Positions 11,501-19,502 of a stretch of DNA of 52,392 nucleotides are shown here, in pieces. The position numbers were made by a program, and so were the translations under genes. The stretch is from a virus. The stretch is from IMG/VR virus record IMGVR_UViG_3300045988_103014, positions 141,780 through 194,171 of that record; one strand, written 5' to 3'. The notes below the pieces were generated by a model that made no database searches, was not told the origin of the DNA, and worked only from the letters and a program-made list of their open reading frames with translations. Positions within the stretch are counted from its first letter, which is position 1. Each line of letters starts with the position of its first letter.

Positions 11501-12226
11501 AGACACTTCTGTTTCAGAATCTTTTGTAACATTAGCCATTTTAATAACGGCATCAGTACGTTCTTTCACAGCTGCATCATCAAGACCTTGCTGATAGAAA
11601 ATCAAAGCAGCATCAGTATATGCTGTTGTAGTTGTGCTAAGAGCCTTTGCAGACTTATTAGCCTGGTCTGCGAATTTAGCCATCTGTTCAGTGGTCTGCC
11701 CAGTTACGATTCTAATATTATTTAAAGACTCATTCAAATCTTTAGCATATCCATAAGCAGATTGTAATGTACCCATGAAACCATGCAAAATACTTGAAGA
11801 AATTTGCCATCTTGCCGTATTTGCTAAAGTGGTTTTGAATTCATCTAATAATTTATTAGTTCTCTTTAACGGAGCTTCGGCTGTCATAATAGATTGACTT
11901 AATTTTAAGAAAGCTTGCTGGCCCTGTGGACCCAACTTTTCTAATTGCTGACGATAATCTTTAAGGTCTTTGTTAGAACGCTTAAAAGCATCATTAAGCT
12001 TACTTAAATCAATCGACCCGGTCGCAGTGGTTGCCCCTTGTAACGCAACTTTTAAATCTGCTGCGGCACTACGAGCCTGGACCAAATCTTTGGTTAAACT
12101 TAATTCACCGCTCTGCCCACTACCAGTAATCAAGCTGTCTAAGGCCTTCTGCAAATCTTGAATTTGCGCTTTCGCCTTACCAGTGTCAGCAGTAAACGCC
12201 AAACTGACATTTAACTGTTTAGCCAT
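2582..12226 (-). CDS. tail tape measure protein (about 3214 aa)
   Basis: Giant ORF, overwhelmingly coiled-coil composition (A/E/K/L/Q). Hydrophobic/Gly-zipper segments (WPLLAVTLLLVAAMAALAAIIAVVV; GAAIGVGAAAGAGAGATFLGIGAIPGAIIGAIGG) and Gly-rich low-complexity stretches. Sits between chaperone-like genes and the tail-tip gene. The track start at 12247 is GTG; a better start is ATG 12226 with AAAGGAG 10 nt upstream (MAKQLNVSLAF...). Confidence 0.65.
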   Translation of the reverse strand: MAKQLNVSLAFTADTGKAKAQIQDLQKALDSLITGSGQSGELSLTKDLVQARSAAADLKVALQGATTATGSIDLSKLNDAFKRSNKDLKDYRQQLEKLGPQGQQAFLKLSQSIMTAEAPLKRTNKLLDEFKTTLANTARWQISSSILHGFMGTLQSAYGYAKDLNESLNNIRIVTGQTTEQMAKFADQANKSAKALSTTTTAYTDAALIFYQQGLDDAAVKERTDAVIKMANVTKDSETEVSSYMTAIWNNFAGEKANLESYADVITALGAATASSSAEIAGGLEKFAAIGQQIGLSYDYATTALATVVAKTRQSEDVVGTAFKTIFARIQGLNLGETLDDGTDLNKYSKALQSVGISIKDANGDLKDMDVILDEMGAKWGSLAKDQQVALAQTVAGVRQYNQLIALMDSWQTDFQDNLKVAQNSSGALQEQADIYAESWEAARDRVRAAAEGIYSSLLDDKFFISVLNGFEKILTGVDGVIDSLGGLRGILPGVVLLINKLYGDSVAKSIDNMIFNIERQTQKFKEQQAVLRENAYEEAMKIQANSGTELGDAKINSLKTQNELQKVLYGIAKDISAEDVAELQHRLDIVNTYRKQVEEMAKLKDEKSDNLQDSRQSMVNKAQRSGKSSGASRKALAEIQAMETAATRAKRELEQLDREFGSGKNVKAYADGLKKIHKNLTDAGFSRHSSTVKALGSAIGASTKDVNAFNAKVKELAQNGEFADRTFIDIDNVAGELGEKFGWTTQELDGFRQKVAELTSAGMDMDSAIDAASAAIEEFKAKAEAAKNAADSMGTTGQTIVRAFSGISQITMGISSLGSALESLGNKDMKPMEKFKQITQSLLMGIPALIMGVRALASMNKDLALAIEADNAAESKNLLIKGASTLATGLKSIADKGETAGIWAKVAAKLAELAASWPLLAVTLLLVAAMAALAAIIAVVVTIAKAISNAYNADAIAAENAANAAKGLAEAYDEAKAHYESMVQAMEKYKTARDALDQLTKGTKEYREALKQANQAALDLINQTNGLKRGEDYDWVNGELKVSDEAMERIKDQESERVNAAEASSLMADARARQLSAKSNATNLVRSDDMSMGAAIGVGAAAGAGAGATFLGIGAIPGAIIGAIGGALTAGISNGIDNAVEESRINDLTDLYRQMGDEAFDAAKLEELGFDTANKAYIESVKDIVRETISAEEQLSNAARMAAEITMSENENFTQADEETQDKVANVGGKLQEDLYEDAYDKYFKMTKNDDLFGIGSKENKQAMQAYAQQMGLDQLNGYKVTNYKKGGNVEYEYIDEEGKKQTAEVTREQIAMQLAAAEAAEALGQQTDKLIETFNRLETSSNAADQALADFLGGDMEYSNKKEFDAIASELGVTAGNTIDANQADSYLAANIGDGDGILTDDEARAMGYESAQAMKEAFVEEFNSTSGAWQDVHIPESLSESIANGLSLKTAQALENTVNDLNLGPVGEQAGEDFVLGLNSMLENVDADDKQAAMQALMDIDWSSWDALNQADKVLQQFGGDIDLTSKEWKEFAAEMRTAAGATPDYTTLKTDLNEITAILNDLDFGQVIKDEDYQKLVDYNNEWERFFILQADGSRMFIGDAEAMREETRENIREQQKELEARKAAQEGFKKANWGHEDDETGQWVSADWKNKSGSDTGTAQNLLNANGATQDMLETLGYTDEIIQDMITKAESGQEDLVAEGTAQLREMYQRIGEFQGEQLDEMDAQFKEMLASTAANLDELLAMKDEISDEAYDKQLTVLAQQAQSLDELQRIRAAGKDGNTGLDTIEYGDALVKMAEQYDNCAKAAENYSKALLTGDSSQIKAAQSALELEIEIGELSKQYNLDAKEVSSYASRLKEEFKAAGMSEEQAAAAAKKAAVANTRLDRGLLNLNKNLADYKKSLNASNKGTAEWSKTMDALKEDLADILGMDMSTLSDDFAEATLNSEDLKKALDGDVDAIQRLQSAAAEEMIKTIKVNLEGEDLASFEAQWEYLKANMAEAIESPGVDQSNLIASFNEMIAAGNMTKEQIETALAGLHVSANVKTTYIPQTVEVPQTITEEAVVSNGTATVQVPGENGEWKNQEVNLIKKITRTYDAGVTSVDGVVPQYEIEGTEGEGGITTAFAPAPPPRPSKSSTTSGGAGGGGGGDKTPKDPKKESHKKSDEPERYHVVTQQLEELTKALEKVSKAKDRAFGAKKLKLIDDEIAAQEALIRKNEEYADQVESNLKKEKSALAKLGAEFGKDGVITNYDALMKNQKAYDTYNLGVDEYNQLSAEQQEKLDKEWSNRTNADGEYYSGYVDMLNDNLEKSNEEIQKLIQEYEEDQDKLTEIQNEIQERKDAIFDAKLEKIDYVVQIKLDVDERDIKHLEFLLEELEDKDFHAAEAIANIGIQTGKTLDEIDQYKKGIEDILSLSGYDGGLEGFLNGDVSLEELQEGGLTEEGLAKLEEYVDGLADANEKLREMRENAWAQVNDEFEEYLEKMDRGLAKIEHLKSITQSYQNIVDIVGKKFLGVSNDLIDKMNKSVVSQSQDLLKANKAKMEALQASYDQLKNEDTSGWSDQALKERQQLLDKMEDELQSAKEAFMSSWEEALQASADRYAQAVDNIIEEFSDKIAGLYGSLDELQEAYDRASDLDSQYLEDYEQIYQLSKLTRDINNSIDDTDNIAAKEEYRDLLEEINQIEEDGTKLSEYDLEVLQKKFELKQAQIALEEAQNAKSSVGMVRGEDGNYSYVYTANDDDVANAEQNYEDKLHEMQVLNGDYIKQLQEQIIQTQAECAEALAAIKESDFNSYEEWREAVDRTQAYYDQKMDFYYSQLGGALDNNRELYENDWQKYHDLTGYKISDDENYVDKFEETNYAILTGFGSLEEAQNAWTVASGEMLLDLSAAYSEWQTDVETAMELAGTSVDEFADKMEEDTDRNVHDSEKAAESVVDMGQQMEDTFSETLSAIANWEAEWGSAIDDAIAKNKELIESFNEMKREMADAMSAVSNYNPGGGSGDGGSGGGGGNGGGSGSGDGGGSGGGANNADKVEGVAAAIWMDGSSASGWGTGSTRQQRLAAKGVSGAQAYINAHAENGDIYKAWASKRAQLKQFYYGSFDTGGYTGDWGDKSGRLALLHSKEIVLNAKDTENFLQAIDMVREMSDRIDFNAKYASAMMDSMMQPMIGRGGTPEIVQNIEINADFPDATDHSEIELAFNNLINTASQYANRVR

Positions 12227-12261
12227 ATGTACATACTCCTTTCTCACTTTTTTTTATTTGC

Positions 12262-12300
12262 AAATAAAAAAAGGGCGGATAGAGCAATACTCTATCCGCC
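12262..12300 (-). terminator. rho-independent terminator between chaperone-like gene and tape measure gene
   Basis: GGCGGATAGAG-loop-CTCTATCCGCC followed by a T7 run on the minus strand; flanked by an AT-only palindrome TTTTTTTATTTGCAAATAAAAAAA. Confidence 0.6.
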
Positions 12301-12347
12301 ATTACTCCTATATATTTTTGAAAGTTAATATAGAAGCATAAATTTAA

Positions 12348-12878
12348 TTAGCCCAACTTGGTCAGAACCTCTTTTAAGAACTCAACGTTCTCAGCATTGC
12401 CGAGCTGCTGCTGTAAAGCAGTAACATCCATGTTGAGATTATCATACTGAGCCGCAATGCTTTCGATAATTCCATATGCAGAATTACGATATCCATAATA
12501 AGCTTTTGCACATTCCTGCACTCCATCAACAATGGTTTTATATTCCACCTTAGGAATTTGAGCAATAATTGTATTAAATACATCATTACTCTCTAAAATA
12601 TCATACAGCTTAATAATATCTTCTTTCTGCTTGTCTGTAAAAGAAATGTTCGTATATGCAAATACTATTTCAAGAGAAGTAAATACATCTAACTTAACTG
12701 GATTAGGAAAATTGTTGGAGTCAGCCGCACCACTAATGACATCACCAATTAAAATGAGTTTTTCATTAACTGGCAAATACTGCTTAATCTCAATCTCCTG
12801 GTCTCCAATCATAATAGTCTTTACATCTGAATTTACTTTCAGTCCCATTTTTGCAAATGTAGGTTTTACTGTAGCCAT
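12348..12878 (-). CDS. tail assembly chaperone-like protein (gene immediately upstream of tape measure)
   Basis: ORF 12348..12899 in track; the preferred start is ATG 12878 (MATVKPTF...) with GGAGG 6 nt upstream. Assignment rests on position only. Confidence 0.35.
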   Translation of the reverse strand: MATVKPTFAKMGLKVNSDVKTIMIGDQEIEIKQYLPVNEKLILIGDVISGAADSNNFPNPVKLDVFTSLEIVFAYTNISFTDKQKEDIIKLYDILESNDVFNTIIAQIPKVEYKTIVDGVQECAKAYYGYRNSAYGIIESIAAQYDNLNMDVTALQQQLGNAENVEFLKEVLTKLG

Positions 12879-12935
12879 AAATAGCCTCCTTTTTCTCACT
12901 ATATATTTATATTATACCACATTTTCTCAGAAAAA

Positions 12936-14144
12936 TCAAGCTCTCGCTTTCATTAACTGATAACGTCTTTGCATAGTTCTAAACTCTGGAGTCATAGAAG
13001 TAACTCCTGGATTAAATTTTAGCATAAACATATTATCTTCCATCCACTGAGATGCTGTCATAAAACCATGTTCTGTGTAGTATAATTGATTTCGATTTAA
13101 GTTAGTCATAACTATAGCTTGAGATAAACTATAATTAGCCAATGCTTCAAGGTCTTTTGAATTTTGTTCACTAGGTTCTTTAAACCAAGGATTTGGAGTT
13201 ACCAAATTATACAAATCTTCCAATCGTCCACAACAAAAACCCGTTTCTCCAAGAGAGATAGAGTTTCTCGCAGACCTTGTTAAGATTGCCTGTGAATTCA
13301 TACCAGACTTAACCTGAGCGTTTAATATTGACGCTTCTTTTAATGCATCATATAAAGGATTGGATAATTGAATAGTAAAATTACCACCATTCAACTTTTC
13401 AATTTTTGCGAACAACTCCCCAACAGAACTGGCATGTAAGGTTACGCCTCCTTTACTACCCTGTCGATTCACTCTAAAAGAAAGAGCTCCTTGCTTAAAA
13501 GACCCACTACTTTTAGAAAACGTCATAACGTCCTCGATTAGCTGCTGACCTAACTCATCTACAAAATTACCTGTTTGTAGAGCGCGCCATCCTTCATTTT
13601 TATTTAAAGCTTCAACCATCAATTGCTCGGCATAGTCAGCTTTTAAATTAGTATATGCTTTATTATCAGCACCACTTTGTTTCTTTAAACGCAAAGCCAA
13701 TCCATCAAGAATTCGACTAGAGACTCCTTCGCTTAAATCCATTTTAGCCAAAACTGATGCAGTCTCAGTCAAAATTGCATCAATTTCTTCTAATTTTTGA
13801 GATTTGTCAATTAAACCCAAAGCTTGTCGTCTAGTAGGGTTAGCTTCTTGGTTTGCCCATAAACCAGTATTTAATAACTGAATAATACGAGCATATAAAT
13901 CATTGGTAATCTCTTCTTCCATTCCCTCAACTTGAGGTAAACGCTCATTCGCTCGAGATAAAAACTCATTGACACTTTGATACTTTAAAGATGCTGAACG
14001 CTCTAAATCTTTTAAGTTATTTAATTGAATTCTAAACATTTCAGCTTCAGTGGGAATCTCTACACTATTCAAGTCTTCATAGTCGCCATAAAAATATTTT
14101 CTATTTCGTGCGGCTTTTATTAAACCCTTAAATAAATCATTCAT
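12936..14144 (-). CDS. hypothetical tail-associated protein (402 aa)
   Basis: Complete ORF between the major-tail and chaperone-like genes; no recognisable motif. Confidence 0.3.
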   Translation of the reverse strand: MNDLFKGLIKAARNRKYFYGDYEDLNSVEIPTEAEMFRIQLNNLKDLERSASLKYQSVNEFLSRANERLPQVEGMEEEITNDLYARIIQLLNTGLWANQEANPTRRQALGLIDKSQKLEEIDAILTETASVLAKMDLSEGVSSRILDGLALRLKKQSGADNKAYTNLKADYAEQLMVEALNKNEGWRALQTGNFVDELGQQLIEDVMTFSKSSGSFKQGALSFRVNRQGSKGGVTLHASSVGELFAKIEKLNGGNFTIQLSNPLYDALKEASILNAQVKSGMNSQAILTRSARNSISLGETGFCCGRLEDLYNLVTPNPWFKEPSEQNSKDLEALANYSLSQAIVMTNLNRNQLYYTEHGFMTASQWMEDNMFMLKFNPGVTSMTPEFRTMQRRYQLMKARA

Positions 14145-14161
14145 ATATTCTCACCCCTAAA

Positions 14162-14197
14162 CAAAAAAAATGGGGAGAGGATTAAATCCTCTCCCCT
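14162..14197 (-). terminator. rho-independent terminator after major tail protein gene
   Basis: GGGGAGAGGA-TTTAA-TCCTCTCCCC + T8 on the minus strand. Near-duplicate of the 2541-2576 terminator (same loop). Confidence 0.75.
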
Positions 14198-14220
14198 TAA
14201 GGTTTGTCTTTATAGTCCGA

Positions 14221-15213
14221 TTAACCGAACAAAGCATCATCAGATGCGTTGTGAACAGTCTGAGTACGGAACAAGTCTTGTGAACCAGCCTCTTCAATAA
14301 TCTGAATAGCTGCAAGAACTTTCTTACTATGGTCAAATCTTGTGTAATCAGGGAACGCATCCATTGTGAAAGTGAATGTTGAAGGGTCTCCTGAAGAAGC
14401 CATAGTGAATGTGAAGTTAGACTGAATCTTGCAGTTAGGAATGATGAACTCTGCAGGCATATCTACACCGTTCTGGTCACGGAATAAAGTAGAAGCCTCA
14501 AGGTAGTAGTTACCACCGAACTTATCTGCAGTGATTTCAATCTGCTGTGCGTTTGACTTACGCTCAGTGTAGTAATCAACGATTACAGAGTCGAAGTTGT
14601 TCTTGCTGAAGAAAGTAGCAAGATTGTAATTGTCAGTCTCATCCTCTGGAGTGTTGTAGTTATCATGCATCTTAACGGTGATAATGTAAGCTCCGTCAGT
14701 TGCAGAAATTTCCTCATGTACAGGAATGAATGGCTCAGAAATGATTTCGCCGTCCTTACAGAACATAACGTAAGCAAAATCCTCACCAGCGTCAGCAGGA
14801 AGATAAGGCTTATTAGAAAGCTTAATCTTGTAAACTGCATCAGCAGCTGCATCTGCAGTACCCTCTACATCTACATCTCCCTTATCAATAGTCTCTGTAA
14901 TATGCTGCTTAATAGTCTTGCCAGCTGTAGCTTCGATAAGACCAGCACCAGATAGAATCATGAAACCTTCTGCGGAAATAAGAGCGTCTTCCATAGTGAA
15001 AGTTACAGTACGCTCACCTTCCCAAGCAACCAAACGTGCGTTACCGCGACCACCCTGTGCATAAACAGTAGTAGCTGCACCTTCCATACTTGAAGTCTTC
15101 AATGTATCGAAATAGATAACTGGCTCGTTCTTGTAGAAGACTTTGTTACCAATCTTAGTTGCTGCTTTAGCCTTAAGAACTACGTCACAAATCTCACGAA
15201 CACCAAATTTCAT
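14221..15213 (-). CDS. major tail (tube) protein candidate
   Basis: 330-aa beta-rich ORF directly upstream (in the transcription sense) of chaperone/TMP genes. It is followed by a strong rho-independent terminator (14162-14197), as expected for an abundant structural protein. Confidence 0.45.
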   Translation of the reverse strand: MKFGVREICDVVLKAKAATKIGNKVFYKNEPVIYFDTLKTSSMEGAATTVYAQGGRGNARLVAWEGERTVTFTMEDALISAEGFMILSGAGLIEATAGKTIKQHITETIDKGDVDVEGTADAAADAVYKIKLSNKPYLPADAGEDFAYVMFCKDGEIISEPFIPVHEEISATDGAYIITVKMHDNYNTPEDETDNYNLATFFSKNNFDSVIVDYYTERKSNAQQIEITADKFGGNYYLEASTLFRDQNGVDMPAEFIIPNCKIQSNFTFTMASSGDPSTFTFTMDAFPDYTRFDHSKKVLAAIQIIEEAGSQDLFRTQTVHNASDDALFG

Positions 15214-15236
15214 GGTATATATCCTCCTTGTTAAAT

Positions 15237-15962
15237 TTATTGATGGATATTCTTCATCCAGTTGTCGGGTTGATTCTCCGGCTTGCCTCCTGCGAGACGT
15301 GAACGGATATCAATATCCCAATTTATGTATAAAGTATATCTTTCCATTAAATCATATAACTGAAACATTGTGGTTTTAAGTAATTCAGTTATAGGAATAT
15401 GAAGACCTATGGTTAGAATTGAAAGATATTGACTAAATACACTAACATTTAGTTCGCCCTTTTGGGCTGCGACTCTTTGACGACCTCGCATCAATTTTTC
15501 TGCGATTTCCTGCGCTTTTTTATTCGCAGGGTTGAAAGCTTGTTGATTCATTGGACCAGTCTTGGCACAAAAAATCATTTTTAACGCTTCTTGCAAAGCC
15601 TCAAAATTATCCTCATCTATCATGTGTGAGGCGCCTTCTTCATTAACCACAATTGACTTCGGGGTTATCATGACTTGATAATTTGGCAAAATAAGTTTTA
15701 ACACTTGTTTAACTGCATTCTTTTTATCTACAGTTTCTTTGTCAGTCATCACTGTCATAAATATCTGAAAATTATTAACTTGTTCTAGAACACTTTCGTC
15801 CTGAATAAACATAGTCTTACTTAAACAAAGAGTCTGTACTCCTACAAAAAAATCTTCTTCTCCAATAAAGGATATCTCAGAAATCGTAGGTTGATGGACT
15901 ACTAATTGACACTCGGGAACTGGAATGTCAGTTCCCGCCATTAAAGCCAATCTATTATCCAT
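15237..15962 (-). CDS. neck / tail-completion protein (hypothetical, 241 aa)
   Basis: Complete ORF in the head-tail joining block; overlaps the next gene by 8 nt (translational coupling). Confidence 0.3.
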   Translation of the reverse strand: MDNRLALMAGTDIPVPECQLVVHQPTISEISFIGEEDFFVGVQTLCLSKTMFIQDESVLEQVNNFQIFMTVMTDKETVDKKNAVKQVLKLILPNYQVMITPKSIVVNEEGASHMIDEDNFEALQEALKMIFCAKTGPMNQQAFNPANKKAQEIAEKLMRGRQRVAAQKGELNVSVFSQYLSILTIGLHIPITELLKTTMFQLYDLMERYTLYINWDIDIRSRLAGGKPENQPDNWMKNIHQ

Positions 15963-16551
15963 TAGTATCTAAACCCAACGTCTTAGCAAATTCTTCTAAG
16001 AATTTCTCTTCATCTGCTGGGTTTTCAAATCCTTTTTTATCATCTTCTCCATGAGTAGCCGCATACAAAAGATTGATTCCACCATACTCTGGGTTAATAC
16101 GAATAATTCGTCCAGCAATAAATTCTAAAGTTCCAATACCAGATAATCTTGCATTATTTAACATTGTATCAATTTCACCAGCAATTCGATATGGTCGTAA
16201 CTGGTTATTCGCAATATGCCATTGGTCATAATGGCAAACAATGTCAATAGAAATTGAATTATCTCGAAACTCTGGATTAGAAGTGGGTACAAAGTTGTCA
16301 AATTGAATAATAATATAATTTAATACCTTATCATCAATTTTAATCTTTGGAGCCGTTCTAATATGGAATTCTGTTAGAAGTCTCACTGTCTCTTCTTCAG
16401 TAAGATTATCAGCGCTCATAGGGTCTTTATTAGTCCTAAATAGCAATCTCTTTAAACGGTCATTTGATAAAAACATATCTTCGATTGTTGATATATCTTT
16501 ATCAACGCTCAAAAAGCTAGATTTAGGAGCCTTGTATCTTTCTATCTTCAT
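15955..16551 (-). CDS. neck / head-tail joining protein (hypothetical, 198 aa)
   Basis: Complete ORF, operon context only. Confidence 0.3.
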   Translation of the reverse strand: MKIERYKAPKSSFLSVDKDISTIEDMFLSNDRLKRLLFRTNKDPMSADNLTEEETVRLLTEFHIRTAPKIKIDDKVLNYIIIQFDNFVPTSNPEFRDNSISIDIVCHYDQWHIANNQLRPYRIAGEIDTMLNNARLSGIGTLEFIAGRIIRINPEYGGINLLYAATHGEDDKKGFENPADEEKFLEEFAKTLGLDTNG

Positions 16552-16571
16552 AACTCCATACTCCTTTTACT

Positions 16572-17687
16572 CTAATACAATGTTTCAACAACAATGGTTT
16601 TTTCTACGTCACCGCATTTCAAAACGAATTGACCGCTATAGAATTTATCCCATTTAAGTTGAATTTCTGTGTCTGTTTGCGAAATAATTTGAATAGGACA
16701 ATTTTTGCCCACAATCTTCCAAGAGCCTGGCACTGAGCAAGTATAAGTATGTGTAACTTTTGGTTTAATAAAACTTTCACCAATAATTACAATAGTCTTT
16801 TCTTCTTCCTCTTTCTTTAATGCCTCTTCCTGTTCAATTCTTTCAACTATTTCTTTATATTCTGGAATTTCACCAACATCATCCACATCTTCGTTAATGT
16901 AATATTCTTCAGCCACAAGTTCAATTACTCCTGGCATACTTATCCAGTTAACGGTATTAACTCTCCAACAGACAACAGGAGCTCCGTCTGAAAAACCTTG
17001 CAAATAAAATTTTGAATAGCGTCTAAAATATTTTAATGCAGATTCACTTTCTGGAATTAAGATACTTAACGAATAGTTTGGTAAATCAATGCTTTCTCCG
17101 TTTTTAGTAACAGAGTTGATTTTTGTTTCAACAGGACCTCGAACAGCCGCATAAGTAGTGTTAATTTCATTCGTCTCAGTATCCATCCACTTGATAGTAT
17201 GTGAACACTTACGAATGTCTCCTCTAAAGTATGCTAATTCTGTAAGGTCTTGTAAGTAAATAAGCCAATAGGTATTAGTACCAACCCACTTGAACACATG
17301 TCCAGGAGCTAGTCCATAATCCCAATTACAAGATACAACTTTATCGTCATAATCTTGTTTTAATTTATTGGGGTTGATAAGTGCGCGACATGGCAACTCA
17401 TCAGCCTCTCGACAAACGTCTTGGATGTCAGCACCTTGATATGAAAATCTTAATGCTCTATCTAAAGAACGTTTCTTATCATATATCATTCTTTCTTGTT
17501 GTGCATGACCGCCACCATTATTCAATAATTCTGACTGATGGTAAACACCTTCTAATGAAGTATTTACCGAGTCATGAGGTGGGTCTTTCGGGTCATGTAC
17601 AGTTGGACCTGGATAGAATACACCCAAACGTCTAGCCATTAAATTTAATGAGGGGTTACGCTTAGAATTCTTACCATCATTCGGCAT
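16572..17687 (-). CDS. hypothetical virion protein (371 aa)
   Basis: Complete ORF between capsid and tail blocks; RBS AGGAATTAACTTCAATG-like context; no motif recognised. Confidence 0.3.
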   Translation of the reverse strand: MPNDGKNSKRNPSLNLMARRLGVFYPGPTVHDPKDPPHDSVNTSLEGVYHQSELLNNGGGHAQQERMIYDKKRSLDRALRFSYQGADIQDVCREADELPCRALINPNKLKQDYDDKVVSCNWDYGLAPGHVFKWVGTNTYWLIYLQDLTELAYFRGDIRKCSHTIKWMDTETNEINTTYAAVRGPVETKINSVTKNGESIDLPNYSLSILIPESESALKYFRRYSKFYLQGFSDGAPVVCWRVNTVNWISMPGVIELVAEEYYINEDVDDVGEIPEYKEIVERIEQEEALKKEEEEKTIVIIGESFIKPKVTHTYTCSVPGSWKIVGKNCPIQIISQTDTEIQLKWDKFYSGQFVLKCGDVEKTIVVETLY

Positions 17688-17985
17688 TGAAGTTAATTCC
17701 TCTCAAAAGACTTATGCATTCAAACACTGTCTTTCGGTAAAATTCAAAATCTACATCTTCTTTACGTAAGCCCTCTAATTTGCTTAGTAGCTGTATAAAA
17801 GAAGGGCCTGTGAAAATCTCATCAAGCCCGATAATCTCCAATTTAACGGTATCTAGTTGTTTAGTCCAGTCTTCTTCATGTTCACGCATTGGAATAAGTT
17901 TCCATAATTGGTTGGTTAAGCGTTGAACATTCTTAATGCAATCTTCTTTACTGATTTCAATTCCGTACTTATTAGTAACGCCCAT
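17677..17985 (-). CDS. head-tail connector component (hypothetical, 102 aa)
   Basis: Small ORF overlapping both neighbours (coupled translation) in the neck block. Confidence 0.3.
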   Translation of the reverse strand: MGVTNKYGIEISKEDCIKNVQRLTNQLWKLIPMREHEEDWTKQLDTVKLEIIGLDEIFTGPSFIQLLSKLEGLRKEDVDFEFYRKTVFECISLLRGINFNAE

Positions 17986-18769
17986 CTAAGGCACTCTTTT
18001 CTCGAAGGGAACTCCAATTTGATGCGATAGTTCCATCTTCGTTTCTCTTGCGGCGTTTGTACAAACGCTGCATATGGAAAGCTTCTCTACGAGCCTCCTC
18101 AAGTAAACTGAGTAATTTCGCAAGGTGATTAGCCTGCGAAGTCATTTTGAAATCAGCTCCCGTATATTTCATACGAGTTACTTCAATTGAGGCTACTTGA
18201 CGCTGAACCCAACCTTGTTTCATTAAAAGCGCAAGTATATTGATTTCCTCAGAAGTTAAAGTAGATGCGAATGAAGACCTCTCAACTAAGACATCAGGTG
18301 CGGTCATTTCTCCATCTTCTGGCAACTCCGCCCATAGGACAGCCAAGATAAAATCACCTGGGCGCGCATCTGCTTCGTTAATAACACGAGTTTTAATATC
18401 ATAATCTACAAGATTACAACGAGGGAATTCAAACCCATCAATCGCGTCAATCAACAAATTCTGCAAATCCTTAATAGTGTCCTCTGGTGTGAGTTCCATG
18501 TACATATCATCAGTAATTTTTCCAAGAAAGCGATTATATATGACTGAAAACTGTGTTCCAGTGTAACCAACCTCTTCCTCTTCATCAGAACCATCTGGAG
18601 TATTATCTTCACCATTCCCGTCTTCTTCTGGTTGATGTTCAGGGTCAGGAGTTTGAACTCCTTCCCCAGAACCTTCATCTTCTCCAGCTGCCGGACCCGG
18701 CATTGTATTGGTTTCTTCTTCTTCAGAGGTGTCAGGTGTTACGCTATCTAGTTCATCTAAATCAGCCAT
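17972..18769 (-). CDS. head-tail adaptor-like protein with extremely acidic N-terminus
   Basis: 265 aa; the N-terminal ~70 residues are D/E/G-rich (MADLDELDSVTPDTSEEEE...); positioned after the capsid gene. Confidence 0.3.
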   Translation of the reverse strand: MADLDELDSVTPDTSEEEETNTMPGPAAGEDEGSGEGVQTPDPEHQPEEDGNGEDNTPDGSDEEEEVGYTGTQFSVIYNRFLGKITDDMYMELTPEDTIKDLQNLLIDAIDGFEFPRCNLVDYDIKTRVINEADARPGDFILAVLWAELPEDGEMTAPDVLVERSSFASTLTSEEINILALLMKQGWVQRQVASIEVTRMKYTGADFKMTSQANHLAKLLSLLEEARREAFHMQRLYKRRKRNEDGTIASNWSSLREKSALDGRY

Positions 18770-18789
18770 TGCCTAACCTCCTTATTAAA

Positions 18790-19401
18790 TTACTCTGCGT
18801 CCTTAGTACCTTCCTCTGCGTGAGTTTCTGCAACCTTAGTGATTGTGTACTTAGACTCAGTTCTACGTGCAGGCTGTGCTGCAGTCTTTGCAGGCTGTAC
18901 TCTACGACCTGTTGTTGCCGCAGGTTTAGCTGCAGGTGCTTCCTCTGCCTTCTCCTCTTCAATGTGACGAAGAGCTGCATCTACATCGAATCCTGTCTTA
19001 TCCTTAAGAGCCTTTCTCTTGTTCATATCAGTTAATGGTAACTGTACTGCAAGTGCCTTGATTAAATCCTGTACTCCAAGTGGAGCAAAATCAAGTGCAT
19101 CTAAGAAAGCGTCATAAGAACCAGTTGTAAGCAAATCTGCTACATCTTTCTCTGACATATTATATTCAACTTCACGGTTTACACCTAAACCTGTAGTAGC
19201 TTCTTCTTCTACAATCTGTAAGAAATTCTCAAGAAGTTCGCGGCCACCCTCCTGATAAGTCAACTTCTCTAACTCACCAAATGGAACCTGCTTCATCTCA
19301 CCAGGTGCGAATTCTCTACGAAGGTTTGTTTCTGGAATTCTATATACTACAACGCTTGAACTTCTGTTCTTAACGTTTAATTTAGATTCTTGTGTTAACA
19401 T
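18790..19401 (-). CDS. hypothetical head protein (203 aa)
   Basis: First gene after the capsid terminator; Ala/Pro/Lys-rich C-terminal tail. Confidence 0.3.
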   Translation of the reverse strand: MLTQESKLNVKNRSSSVVVYRIPETNLRREFAPGEMKQVPFGELEKLTYQEGGRELLENFLQIVEEEATTGLGVNREVEYNMSEKDVADLLTTGSYDAFLDALDFAPLGVQDLIKALAVQLPLTDMNKRKALKDKTGFDVDAALRHIEEEKAEEAPAAKPAATTGRRVQPAKTAAQPARRTESKYTITKVAETHAEEGTKDAE

Positions 19402-19429
19402 AGTCTTTAATCTCCTTTTCCTCGACTGA

Positions 19430-19474
19430 AATAAAAAATAGGGGGAGAAGGGAAGCCTTCTCCCTTCTCCCCCT
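19430..19474 (-). terminator. rho-independent terminator after capsid gene
   Basis: 13-bp stem GGGGGAGAAGGGA/TCCCTTCTCCCCC with a 7-nt loop, followed by a U-rich tail on the minus strand. Confidence 0.75.
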
Positions 19475-19502
19475 CGATAGTTCTATATACTATTTATAGG
19501 AA

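Noticed and set aside
2603-12161. Numerous 60-110-aa ORFs on either strand within the tape-measure gene (2603-2936, 2947-3219, 3379-3651, 8862-9128, 11970-12161 ...)
   Set aside because: Nested in a 9.6-kb gene with strong coiled-coil periodicity. No RBS. Typical spurious ORFs of a long low-complexity coding region.
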